From Leucoraja erinacea (lineage: Eukaryota), in contig NC_073389.1 in NCBI RefSeq assembly GCF_028641065.1, positions 18,414,001 through 18,478,000 of the forward strand: 64,000 bases of DNA, read 5' to 3'. Numbering within the stretch: position 1 is the first letter of the stretch; the number at the start of each line of letters is the position of its first letter. The notes beneath the pieces were generated by a model that was given only the letters and a program-made list of their open reading frames with translations, ran no database searches and had not been told where the DNA came from. The translations under genes and the position numbers were made by a program. This document shows, piece after piece, positions 37,273 to 49,795 of the stretch.

Positions 37273-37783
37273 AGTAGTAAATTGCTCATTTCTAAGCTTC
37301 CCCCCAGTCTAATTTCAGTAAAAACACTGAATCAAGCACTTGAAACAACTAATCTTTATTTTAACAAAAGCGCATTACAGTTCAACTACTGTACCTATCC
37401 CATCGCTGGTTCGATCCTCGTACCTGCCTGCTCAGACAGAGACACTCCAGAAAGTCACACAGTCCCAAGCGCGCTCCCAGAAGATCGACCCTGGACCTCG
37501 TGGTAGTGGTCTTTTATATGTCCTGGGACCTTGTGGGGCCGAATCACGTGGAGGTGGTCTCTTAATAATCCAATTACAGATATCGATTAACCCCATACAT
37601 AATAGACATTTCCCTAACCCAATAATACAGCAGCTCAATGCATTGTATTCAAACCGGACTTCGCAAGGAAGCCAACTTAGAAACATTTACCCTAATCTGA
37701 CAGAAACCCCAACAAGGCTCAATACCTCATCCAATCAACTCTCGGCAAAGTTGTGCAAACACTCTGCAACATTATTTACAACT
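37273..37783 (-). mobile_element. Possible solo LTR
   Basis: Inverted ends agtagtaaat / atttacaact; minus-strand TATAAAA at ~37512-37518 upstream of AATAAA at 37355-37360. Confidence 0.35.
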
Positions 37784-38091
37784 ATTTACAAGGAGTATGT
37801 CTGGTTTGCAGCCATCCAATCCATTCTATGCATTTTGCACCTAATTGACAGGGTCTGCAGATGTTCTTATTCTTTTCTTGCAAATTGTATCTAGGCTCCA
37901 GACACACTGGCACCACTCCACAGCTTGTGCCAGCTCTGCAGAGAGCAATTCCAAATTGACCAAATCTCCCAGTAGCCTTGAAGCTTTTACCCCATTTTAA
38001 AGTCCTAGCCTCTCCAATTTGGCCAGGATTAACACAGTGAAGTTCATGTTTGTATACTGTTCACTCCAAGTGCCACTATACATACGGACTA

Positions 38092-38671
38092 AAGGGGCTG
38101 TCCCAATGCAGCGACCTAATTGGCGAGTTTAGAAGAGTTTAGGAGAGTTTGAAAAAGTGTCATGTTGAAGACCTCCTTCAACTATGTAGAAGACCTCCTT
38201 CGACCTCCTTTGACTATGTTGAAAACTAGCTTCGACTAGCTACAACTAGCTTCGGAAAAATTGGACACTGAATAGTGGCGAATGAAGTTGACCTCCTTCG
38301 ATCTCCTTCGACCTCCCTCCGACTATGTTGAAGACTACGACTACCTTCGACTACCTTCGATTACCTTCGACTACCCTCGATTACCTACGAATAACATGCC
38401 GACCTACTACGACGTACTTCGGCTAAACCTACGAGTAAAAAAAAAATTTTTTTTTTCCATGGCAACCTTTTATTACTCGCAGGCATTTTTCAGCATGTTG
38501 AAAAATACGCCGCGACCTAGTTGAGGCCTCGAATACGTGTAGACTACTCTCGAGTATGAAGGAGAGTTACAAAGACCTCCCAGGACCTCGTGTTGACCAT
38601 TCTGCGCGTATTAGTCGAGGGCAAACTCTTCTAAACTCGCCAATTAGGTTGCCGCAGTGGGACAGCCCCTT
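38092..38671. mobile_element. Complete MITE with long TIRs (aaggggctgtccca..), TA-flanked
   Basis: aaggggctgtcccaatgcagcgacctaattggcgagtttagaagagttt and inverse at ~38624-38671; internal taccttcgac repeats. Confidence 0.85.
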
Positions 38672-40116
38672 TAGATACATCTTAGATAAGCATCTCAGAT
38701 ACAGTTCAGTGTAGAGCAGCAGTACACTGAGACAGTATATAGAGTCGCCAGTTTTGGCACCATTTTCAAAGTGCATGTTTGAAAGTGCAGAGTTCTTGAC
38801 CTGACCATGAAGACCCATTATCCTGGTGGTGTTGCAGAGCCGGCCTGGTTAAGCGTAGCCTTGGTGTCCTCAGCAGTTGCTCCACCGCTGCAGGCCGCTT
38901 CCGGTCCACGTGCTCGGCCTCCTGGGGGAGTGCCCGTTCCAGGCGAGCACCAGGCTTTTTACAGGGCCTCCATCGTCACCCTGTTATGTTACAATTGTGT
39001 AAAAGAGCCGTCCAAATGTCAAGCAGTACACATTTTTCATGCATGCCACTACAATTCTTTGAAGAATTTTGAAGTAATATACAATCTAAAGTGACAGTGC
39101 CCTGTTGGCTTGCTTTCATTTATCAACTGAGATATAGAGGTGGAAACAGGATTAGAAATATTTAGAAAGTCAAGCAGCATTTGTGGAGAGAGAAACCAAG
39201 TTGATGACCTTTCACCATAACAAGTGAAAAATTATTGATCTAAAACATCGGCTCTCATTTTCTCTCCACAGATGCTGCCCGACTTATTGAGTCATTATAA
39301 TATATTTTTTATCTAAAAGTGATTACGCTTTTCATCTGGAAATCCCTCATTTAACTGAATGATATTTTATGATCTTATTCAGACCACCCATGGTGCCTCT
39401 GTCACGACCTTCCCCTGTTACAGTAATTTAAGATATGGCATTTCTAATCATTAACTTCATTTCAGCCCTCTGAGAACAGAGTGAAAAAGAAATCAAGGAA
39501 TAAAATTATTAACTATTAGAATGTGTAATAAAATGTAACTAAATGTCTTTTTTATGACAGCTGCCAGAGAGAGTACTTAAAAATCTAATCTTATTTTTAA
39601 ATGGATTTTTTTTGAATAGTCCTGTGATGTTAAATTAAACTTACCTGGCGTTCATATGTATGTTAATGTGTGGCTGTATTTCTTTACCTCCGGGGATTAC
39701 AGCATCTGCCCATGGTAAAACAATTGCACTCTAATCAAATAACTTAGTTTGTTCATTAGATGAAGGCCTAATTTCCTGGTGGCCTATTGCTATTTTTTTC
39801 ATTGAAGAATAGTTAGTCCTTTGAACAAAAGGAAGGATGGGTAGACTTGGATTGTTTTCTTGCAACGCTGGATGTTGGATTTCTCCCGCCAGAGATCTCG
39901 TGGTCATTTACGTGAGCTATATGTATTTCCCTGCCAGGTTGCCACTCTGTGTATATACCGACTTTTGATTATTGGTTCAAGAGAATTCATAGTTTCAGAA
40001 AACGTTGAAAATATCCTAGTCCACAATGGGGTTTTGAAGAATTCAGAGATCCTGCAAGGAAAGTTCTGCTCAGTCATCATTTCTTAAGAAGCCAGATAAC
40101 TTACAATGAACAAGAC

Positions 40117-40432
40117 TGGGACAGTGCCACAGCGGTAGAGTTGCTCCCTTACAGCACCAGAGACCTGGGTTCAATCTTGACTATGTGTGCTGTCTGCAGG
40201 GAGTTTGTCCATTCTCCCTGTGGCTGTGTGGGGTTTCTTCAGGTGCGCCGGTTTCCTCCCACACTCCAAAGATGTACATGTTTGTAGGCTAATTGGCTTT
40301 GTTAAAATAGTAAATTGTTCCTCGTGTGTAGGATAGTGCTAGTATATAGGGCGGTCACTGGTCAGCACAGACTCAATGGGCCGAAGGGACTGTTTCTGCA
40401 TTGTACCTCTAAAGTCTAAAGTGAAGTCTAAA
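40117..40432 (+). mobile_element. HE1/V-SINE
   Basis: Head, V-domain and tail. Confidence 0.9.
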
Positions 40433-40714
40433 GTTGAAGAAGGTCAACAGTCCTGATTTTTTGTTTCAAGACTTCTTGTTTCTCTAACAGAAAACATTGA
40501 TGACAGTGACAAGGAGATCCAAAATCTTCTTGGATTGGAAGCACTATTAATGATCAAGGGACAAAAAGAAAACCCTGCAGGTATTTGAAGACCCCAAATA
40601 ATCCAAAACAAAATGTTGACATAAAGAATAGATAGTTGGTAAAAATAATGCAGGAAATGGATTATTCAAGTTGTCATATCTATCTTAAACATCCAAAGAC
40701 TTAAAGACTCAAAG

Positions 40715-40897
40715 TAGAAACAAGGAACCACCGATGCTGGTTTATACCAAAGATAGAATACTAAATGTGGAGGAGAGAACTGCAGATGCTGGTTTAAATC
40801 AAAGGTAGACACAAAATGCTGGAGCAACTCAGCAGGACAGGCAGCATCTCTCGAGAAAAAGGATAGTAACGTTTCGGGTTGGGACTCTTCTTCAGAC
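40715..40897 (-). mobile_element. Penelope pLTR fragment
   Basis: gacacaaaatgctggagcaactcagc..aacgtttcgggttgggactcttcttcag. Confidence 0.8.
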
Positions 40898-41099
40898 TCA
40901 AAGACTGACCCTGATGAGAGCCAACAGCATACGAAGGGCAGAGAGGCTGTCAACACCAGTCGGAAGGAGCAGAGTTAGGAATTCCTTGCTAAGAGTCTGC
41001 TTTGACGTTAATGTTTAGTTTAGTTTAGTTTAGTTTATTGTAATTTGTGTACCGAGGTACATTGATGATGGATGCTAGATTAACCAAGATCATGCAGTG

Positions 41100-42370
41100 A
41101 TTATATACAGTATACCAATGATGTTAGTGATGCCTATATTCACAGGCCAAGTTTGAAGCCATCATTGGCTCCCTCACTGGTGTGTTTGAAAGGATGGCTT
41201 AACACTAATCATCCATGAATCAAAATAATTTCCCAACAATGGCACCATCACACAGCCCGTTCCTCAACAAATAAGATCCTGTAAAGCATTAATCACTTTC
41301 TATAGAATATGGTGGGAATCACCTCTCGATGAGGACCAACATAGATGATAAAGTTCACGATATCCTTGGTTACGTCAGCACACTCATTAGCCATCGGAGA
41401 AAAAAGGTTTTGTAGACCAAGATCTCAAACACATAGTGTACTGGACAACACTGATCTCTGCTATGTTACACACTTTGGAGAGATGAACTGCCTACTTCAC
41501 TCAAATCATGCTACTGATGCTGGTTCCACAATTACTTCCAAATCTGTCATCAGATTGTGTGAAGCAATATCGGTTCCTTTTCCCAGGGCAAGCTTCTGAT
41601 GAACCTCAACAAATGCTGGTGGATGTGCCTCATCATCCACATGTCTAACACCAGATTCCTTGATAAAAGATCATCACTCTGAGCTCAGGCATGTCCAGAG
41701 ATTTCTTGACATAGAGATCCTTTGAAGAGCATTTTCAAAGTTCCCTTGACAAAAAAAGTAACAAGCTCATTAATTGTGTCGAACATTGAAGATGGAACAT
41801 AGAACAGTGCAGCGCAAGAACAGGCCCTTTGGCTCACCATGTCTGTTCCGAACATGATGCCAAGATCAACTAATCTCTTCTGCTTGCACATGATCCACGA
41901 ACCTCCATTCTCCGCATATCCATGCATATCCATCTAAAAGCCTCTTAACGCCACTATTGTATCAGCCTCCACCCTGGCAGCATGTTCTGTGCACCTAGCA
42001 CCCTTTGTGAAAAACCATGCTCCTCACATCTCTCTTCAACTTTGCCCCTCTCACCTTAAAGCTATGCCTTTTAGTCTTTGACATTTTCACACTGGGAATA
42101 CATTTCTACCTTATCTATGCTTCTCATAATTTTTTATTCTTCTAACTGCTCTCCTGTCAACCTCCAGTGTTCGAAAGAAAACAACCCAAGTTTGTTTTGA
42201 CTTCCCTTGTAGCTAATGCCCTCTAATCCAGGTGACATTCAAGTAAGCCTCTTCTACACCTTCTCCAAATCCTGCACATCTTTCCTGTATTGGAACGACA
42301 ATGAGAAACCCTGGCCTTGACTACTGATAATGCAGAAGGAGACACCAACCATCTTGAGTCTCTATGACCA
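41100..42370 (+). mobile_element. Degraded RTE (BovB-like) LINE, interrupted by CR1 (41795-42299, minus)
   Basis: Relic peptides resembling GNHLSMRTNIDDKVH, KRVFEDQDLK, HMSNTRFL, SELRH. Confidence 0.55.
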
Positions 42371-42378
42371 TAAGATTA

Positions 42379-42688
42379 GGGCGGCAAGGTGAGCCGGGTT
42401 CGATCCTAATGGCGGGTGCTGTCTCTATGGAGTTTGTATGATCTCCCTGTGAATCACATGTGTTTCTTCCCAGTGCCCTGGTTTCCTCCCACATTCCAAA
42501 GACATGCAGGTTTGTAGGTTAATTGGCTCTGTAAATTATCTCTAGTGTGTAAAATAGAACTAGTGTACCGGGTGATGGCTAGTGCAAATTCGGTGGGCCG
42601 AAGGGTCTGTTTCCATGGTGTATCGCTAAACTAAACTAAACTAAACTAAACTAAACTAAACTAAACTAAACTAGACTAAACCAAACTA
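42379..42688 (+). mobile_element. HE1/V-SINE with expanded (CTAAA)n tail
   Basis: V-domain; about 12 CTAAA-like units at 42626-42687. Confidence 0.88.
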
Positions 42689-44314
42689 TAATAAGCTAAA
42701 AAAAATGTGTAGAAAAGAACTGCAGACGTTGGTTTATACTGAAGATAGATACAAAACGCTGGAGTAACTCAGCGGGTCAGGCAGCATCTTTAGAGAAAGG
42801 GAATAGGTGAAGTTTCTGGTTGGGGCCCTTCCTCAGAAAGTAAACAAAACAAAACAAAACAAAACAAAACATATGGAGGCAATGAGCTGATGGAAGGTGA
42901 ACATAACATCTTCAGCAACTTACCCAACCACCTTTAAATCTACACCTGTGACAGTCTCCAGTCTGCATTAGATTCTGTATTAAGCCCACAGACCTGGAAT
43001 GGAAGCAAGTCATTCTTGGACTAGAGACTGCTTGAAAGGTCAATATAGGTCTGTAGGCTCATTCAAGGAGAGTTAACGGTTTCAGAACACATTGTAAAAT
43101 ACTTAGTTCACAGTGGGATGTTGAAATTCCTATCAGCACCAAGTTAATTTATTTAAAAGATCAATATTTTGACATTGCCCTCTAAGTTCCTTTTCCAGGC
43201 CATTAACTCTCTCATTAGCATATGCTGTTGATGTTTCTTCATGTCCATCTCCATGGGAAACAACAAACGCTCTTCTCCAGCACTTAAACTGTGGGTGTAA
43301 TAAGAGCGGACAGCAGGACTCTGCCCTTAGCTCCTTTCAAAATAACATTTGTACAGAAACATTTAGTACTTAATAGCAAGGCAGCGATTGCACACTGTGG
43401 CAAAGCAAACTCAGTTATCATTAACACACAGAAATCATATTTGCTTTGGAAAACAACTGCATTATGACCTTATTTTTTTTAGTTTGTAATCAAAATCCAT
43501 TTATACATAACATAATTACCTCCTGTGCAGACTTAAAAAAAAATTGTAAATGAAATTGTTGCTGTACCCAAAGGGCTTCTTGGAAGAAAAACTTTATAGT
43601 ATAGTTCACTCATCCACATGATGTATAACTGGGGGTTCTGAGCATCATATTGTTTTCACCTTTGACTTCCAGCAGATAATTTGTTTTAGTTTTCTGTACA
43701 CCTCCATGGGTCAGTGAGAAGAGCTCATTTAAACCTGTTTAGCAACCCTATTATCATTAATTCTTGGGTCTTCTTGTCCTACATGGAATAATGAAGTATG
43801 CTTCAAGCACACTGATTCCAAAGCAAATATTAACGCTTGTTTGACTAATTAAATAAACAACAATTTGAATTTTAAACAGATAGGATATGGTATTTGTTGT
43901 AGCTCATGTGATCTCTTGCAATTTTTGCAAGTTATTTGGATTCTGATGAAACCATGTCTCTTTTAGATCCTATTTTCTATAACTAAATATGATTAAAATT
44001 CTGGAATAAACAAGAGGGATAATAATTTATTCTTATAAAATTATTCTACGTCTGAAGAAGAATCACAACCCAAAATACTATCAATCCTTTTTCTCCATGG
44101 ATACTCCTTGATCTGATGAGTTTCTCCAGCATTTTGTGTCTATCTTTGGTATAAACCAGGCCTAAATCTGCAGTTTATTTTTATTAGGCATAATAATTTT
44201 CTATTTTGTACAATATTTGTGCATGTCATCGCCGATGAGATTTTAAACCTGTCGTAGAGTTTTTATGAATAATTGAGCAAACATAAGCAACAAATCCAAA
44301 ACATATACAGAACT

Positions 44315-45140
44315 GGGCTGGGTGAGTGGGCAAATGTTTGGCAGATGCAGTATAATGTGGATGAATGTGAGGTTATCCATTTTGGTGGCAAAAACAGGAA
44401 AGCAGACTATTATCTAAATGGTGGCCGACTAGGAAAAGGGGAGATGCAGCGAGACCTGGGTGTCATGGTACACCAGTCATTGAAAGTAGGCATGCAGGTG
44501 CAGCAGGCAGTGAAGAAAGCGAATGGTATGTTAGCTTTCATAGCAAAAGGATTTGAGTATAGGAGCAGGGAAGTTCTACTGCAGTTGTACAGGGTCTTGG
44601 TGAGACCACACCTGGAGTATTGCGTACAGTTTTGGTCTCCAAATCTGAGGAAGGACATTATTGCCATAGAGGGAGTGCAGAGAAGGTTCACCAGACTGAT
44701 TTCTGGGATGTCAGGACTGTCTTATGAAGAAAGACTGGATAGACTTGGTTTATACTCTCTAGAATTTAGGAGATTGAGGGGGATCTTATAGAAACTTACA
44801 AAATTCTTAAGGGGTTGGACAGGCTAGATGCGGGAAGATTGCTCCCGATGTTAGGGAAGTCCAGGATAAGGGGGAAATCCTTTAAAACCGAGATGAGAAG
44901 AACTTTTTTCACACAGAGAGTGGTGAATCTCTGGAACTCTCTGCCGCAGAGGGTAGTCGAGGCCAGTTAATTGGCTATATTTAAGAGGGAGTTAGATGTG
45001 GCCCTTGTGGCTAAGGGGATCAGAGGGTATGGAGAGAAGGCAGATACGGGATACGGATGATCAGCCATGATCATATTGAATGGCGGTGCAGGCTCGAAGG
45101 GCCGAATGGCCTACTCCTGCACCTAATTTCTATGTTTCTA
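44315..45140 (+). mobile_element. CR1 LINE 3' ~0.8 kb
   Basis: WANVWQMQYNVDECEVIHFG..RPHLEYCVQFW..EGVQRRFTRL; tail ttctatgtttcta. Confidence 0.95.
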
Positions 45141-45449
45141 ACTGTATTTGTGGTAGATTATCCATTGTACCACAATTTTTTAGCAAATATTTTTAATGAA
45201 TCAAATCTATAAACCCTAACTTATGCTGTTATTACTGAAGAAGGTTGAAACGTGAACGTTATCAGACTTTTAATGAAATAATTTCATTTGACTATGTAGC
45301 GTTGGTGAAAATCTTTCTGAGCAAATAGCAACATACAAACACAAATATTATATCATCATTTATTTAATTATTGGTCAGTATGGAGGTCTTGATGAAAATC
45401 TTTGGTTTTCCATTTTGTAAGTGTCCCATATACATTAAAACATCATATC

Positions 45450-45720
45450 TTTAGTTTACCTTGGATATGCAGCATGAACAAGCCCTTCAGCCCACAACCT
45501 TCCATGCTATACAACTTTCTCATCCACTCCCGACACACTAGGGGCTATTTACCGAGGCCAATTAACCTCCAAACTCGCCACATCTTTGGGATGTGGGAGG
45601 AAACCAGAGCAGCCGGAGAAACCTAGGCGGTCACAGGAAAAACGCGTAAACTCCATACAGACATCATGGAGGTCAGGATTAAACCTGGGTCTCTGGCTTT
45701 GTGAGGCAGCAGCTCAACCT
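45450..45720 (-). mobile_element. HE1/V-SINE, degraded
   Basis: tgtgggaggaaaccagagc V-domain reversed. Confidence 0.8.
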
Positions 45721-46312
45721 TCCCAAATCTTATTACCTGTTTTTTTAGAATAAAGGTACAAATTGATTCTATGTCCATTCAATTTGCAAATAAAGGCATT
45801 GTTTTTAGTTTAAGAACCAGTCGGGAGGATCAATTATCCTATTAAAAATTATTTATCTTGCTGTCAGCAGAATTGAGTTTCTGTTTTTATCACATTTGTT
45901 CTATTGTTAATTCCACCTTTTCCATTTTGGTTTCCCTGTAAAAATTCACTCTTGAGTCTCACATAAATCATTCACGATTGTTTCAATGCTGGCCCTGGAA
46001 TTATACACACACCCCATGTTGGCACTTCTGTTTGCACATTATTGTCTTTTGATCGATTAAAAATCTGGCACTATTTTACAAATGTACATGACTTCAGGCA
46101 GAATCTCAGCAGCCCATCCAGACTTGCCATCCACAATATCTGCCTGCCTGCCTGCATGCAGAAAGCTAATCTTGCTCACCCTCCTCTCCAGAGGGACAGA
46201 ATATGATGAGGTTCTGTCCCCAGAATGATCTAACATCCTTCGACGCTGCCCCAGGTAAAACCTCAGGTTTGCAGCGCAACATCAGAGGGGAACCAGCAAG
46301 TTTAGGTCTAAA

Positions 46313-46890
46313 TATGTAGGGAGGAACTGCAGTTGCTGGCTTAAATCAAAGGTAGACCCAATAAGCAGGGCGTCATCTGTGGAGAGAAGGAATGGATGAT
46401 GTTTCGGGTCAAGACACTTCTTCAGACTGGGCAGTACATAGATAAGGAAGTGTATTGATAAGGATGTATAAGGTGTGAAAACAGGACAAAGGGAATGGCA
46501 ATCAAGAAAAATGTAGAATAGATCATTGTCAGTTGGGAAAAGATAACAACAAAGTAAACAGAGATAAAATGTAGTCGGAGACAGTAAGACTGGTTGGAGA
46601 ACTGGGGGGGGGGGGGGGGATGGAGAGAGAGGGAAAGCAAACGTTACTTGATGTTAGCAAAATCAATGTTCATACTGCTGGGGTATAAGCTGCACAAGCA
46701 AGATATGAGATGCTGTTCCTCCAATTTGCGCTGGGCCTCTGACAATGGAGGAAGCCCAGGACAGAAAGGTCAGTGTGGGAATGGGAGGGGGAGTTAATGT
46801 GTTGAGCAACCGATAGATCAGGTAGGTTTAGGCAGACTGAGTGGAGGTAGTCAGCGAAACGATCGCTGAGCCTGTGCTTGGTCTCGCCGT
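46313..46890 (-). mobile_element. Penelope 3' fragment
   Basis: GETKHRLSDRFADYLHSV..VAQHINSPSHSHTDLSVLG plus pLTR at 46313-46428. Confidence 0.85.
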
Positions 46891-48699
46891 TTTTGCGCAA
46901 ATAGAATGACCGTCAAACCGAAGATAACAAGATCAGAGTTTTAGTTATGTACAGATGACAGTCCCGCCATCCCGGGAATTAACCCTCGTGAACCTATTGG
47001 TTCGTGTGGGCAAGTTGGGCCGAAGGACCTGTTTCCACACTGTATGACTCTATGAACCTTTATTTTTGAAAATACTTAATTTCTGAACATTGAATTGCTT
47101 ATATTATTGCAGGACAGATGCCTAAACTATCAATCTTGCTGATATATGTATACTACAGCTGGTGTTTGTTTACTGGAGAAGGCTTTCCAGATGTACATAT
47201 AACACAGCTACAGCTGGAAGATTTTAAACCAATTGAGTAAATCCAATCCAGAGAATAATTTTGCTGTAGCTTCATTCAATAAACTCAGATCAAATAATTT
47301 AAATGGCACAAGACTTAGTGCAGAACCAATCTGGTGTTTTATTTTAACAGGAGAATCATTTCCACATTTCCAGTGGTACACATGCTGGAAGCTTGGCCAT
47401 ATGAGTTTGAATGCTAACAAGAAAGAGATGCAACATTGAATGAGTGTATTCCATGTGGCAGCAGTCACGACTTTAGAAGCTGAGAGGAATTATTTTGGGC
47501 CATGTGTTGTTTGCCTGTCCAACTGGCTGGAGGATTAGCAGGGTAAGCTTGCCTCAACAGTTGTTCTAAGGCTGGAACATTTCTCTCTCATCTGCTCCAA
47601 AGTCCTCTTGATAATTAAACGTTCCCTCCACCTACTCTCACAAACTCTGCATCGCTCTCCGTCTGGCAGTCTAACAGGAGCTTACCATGAACATTTAACC
47701 AGGTCTGATCCAAGAAGATGTCTCCGAGTGCATTGCATGAGTTTGCTGGGCACAAACTTGGCTGGAGAAAGAAAAACAATTTAAAAAAATGGAAAATCCA
47801 CACTCCGGAAACATCAGAGAAAGGCTACAGATGAGATAAATGTGTTTTTGTGTGAACAGTTTTTATTCTTATTTCACCATGTTTGACTAGAGAGGCAGCG
47901 AATGTCTCTGGGGCCTTTGGTTGTCAAAACACACTAGGCTTGTCCTCTGTCTCAATATGTGGGGCAATCTGGGAATGCACACTACAGCAAGCATGATCTT
48001 TTTAGAAATACCGAAAGTGACAATAGGTCTTTCCTTTTCTGTTACTGATATGTATTAATCCCCTGTAGACCTACAGCAGATCCAATCTAGTTGTTTGCAT
48101 CACAGGCCACTGGTACATGTAAAGCGCTGAGACTCTAAAAAATGTAATTAATAACACCTATTCCTCAGAATAGGATAACATACAAAACAAACTAGAAAAC
48201 CCCCTAAAGTTAACAACTAGCGTAAAAAAACAGGGAGACCTCCACCTAACGTTTAGGAAGGAACTGCAGATGCTGATTTATACCAAAGATAGACACAAAG
48301 CACTGGATCTCAACGGATGAGACAGCATCTCTAGAGAAAAAGAACATCCTTTTCCTCAGGAGATGCTGCCTGACCCACTGAGTTACTCCAGCAATTTGTG
48401 TCTGTCCACCTAATGTAAGTGTGCTATGTGAGGCAAAAGTAAAATGGCAGTATAACTTTGTTGGATACAACTCACTGATTTAGGCTGTGGGTACACATAA
48501 CATCCTTTCATCTTCGTATGCCTGGGAAAACACAATTCCACAATTGTAACTAGTGGGATGCAAGAGTTGAAGGAAGACAAAAGTTCCCAAATTTTCTTCC
48601 CATCCCCAAAAACAAAAAGGGCACTGGTGTTCAAACCCATGATTTTCCAACACTTTAAGAATAACTCATGTGCTGAGAGATGATACCTCTTGACATTAA

Positions 48700-48966
48700 C
48701 TGCCGTTTAGAGTCTTTGGTTCAATCCTAACTACGAGTGCTGTCTGCATGGAGTTTGCACGTTCTTCCTGCGACCGTGTGGGTTTATGCCAGGTTCTTCA
48801 GTTTCCTCCCACATCCCAAAGACATGCAGGTTTGTAGGTTAATAAGGCTTCTGTAAAATGCCCCTGGCGATAAGGACATAGAACTAGTGGACCAGTTATT
48901 GATGGTTGGCATGGAGGCAAAGGGGTCTGTTTCTACACTGTATCTCTAAACTAAACTAAAAACTAA
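48700..48966 (+). mobile_element. HE1/V-SINE
   Basis: B box, V-domain and (ctaaa)n tail. Confidence 0.85.
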
Positions 48967-49469
48967 AGGTGTGAGTCTGAGGAAGGACCCAGTCAGGGAA
49001 GGGCCCCAACCTGAAACGCCACCTATCCTTTCTCTGCTGAGATGCTGCCTGACCCGCTGAGTTACTCCAGCACCCTATGTCTCTCTTTGACTCAAAGACT
49101 AACCCTGATGAGAGCCAACAGCCAATGAAGGATGGAGAGGTTGTCAATACTAGATGGAAGGAACAGAGTTAGGAGTTCCTTGCTGAGAATCTGCTTTGAC
49201 GTTAATGTTTAATTTAGTTTAGTTTTGTTTATTGTCACATGTACCGAGCTACAATGAAAAAATGATGGGATCCTGTTATTCCACACGTTATGTCTATCTT
49301 TGGTATAAACCAGCATCTGTAGTTCTTTGTTTCTACATAAAATATGAAAGGTGTTTTCCTGCATGGTTTGTTGCCTGTAATTGAGCAAGAACTTCTGAAG
49401 AATTTATTTTTGCTTTGCAATTTAGGTTGCAATGGTCTTAGTATAACCCTTAAAGGAATTTACCGTAAA

Positions 49470-49795
49470 GGGCAACACGGTGGTGCAGCGGTAGAGCTGC
49501 TGCCTCACAGCACTAGAGACCTGGGTTTGATCCTGACTACGGGTGCTGTCTGTGCAGAGTTTGTACATTCTCCCCATGATCTGCGTGGGCTTTCTCCAGT
49601 TGCTCAGGTTTGCTCCCACACTCTGTAGACGTACAGGTGTGCAAGTTAATTGGCTTGGGTAAAAATAGTAAATGGTCTCAGGTGTGTGTAGGATAGTGTT
49701 AGTGTATGGGGATCGCTGGTCAGAGTGAATTCGGTGTGCTGAAGGGCCTGTTTCCATGCTGTGTCTCTGAACTAAACTAAACTAAACTAAAGTTA
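49470..49795 (+). mobile_element. HE1/V-SINE
   Basis: Full head, V-domain and tail. Confidence 0.9.

Noticed and set aside
37340-37894. 184-aa ORF
   Set aside because: No motif; crosses a putative LTR boundary; length compatible with chance.
38170-38420. Short repeats (gacctccttc, taccttcgac) resembling a CRISPR or iteron array
   Set aside because: Irregular 9-11-nt units without unique spacers; internal repeats of a eukaryotic MITE.
40909-40940. ctgatgagagccaacagcatacgaag as a hammerhead (also ~49106)
   Set aside because: CUGAUGA is present but there is no proper stem II and no GAAA core.
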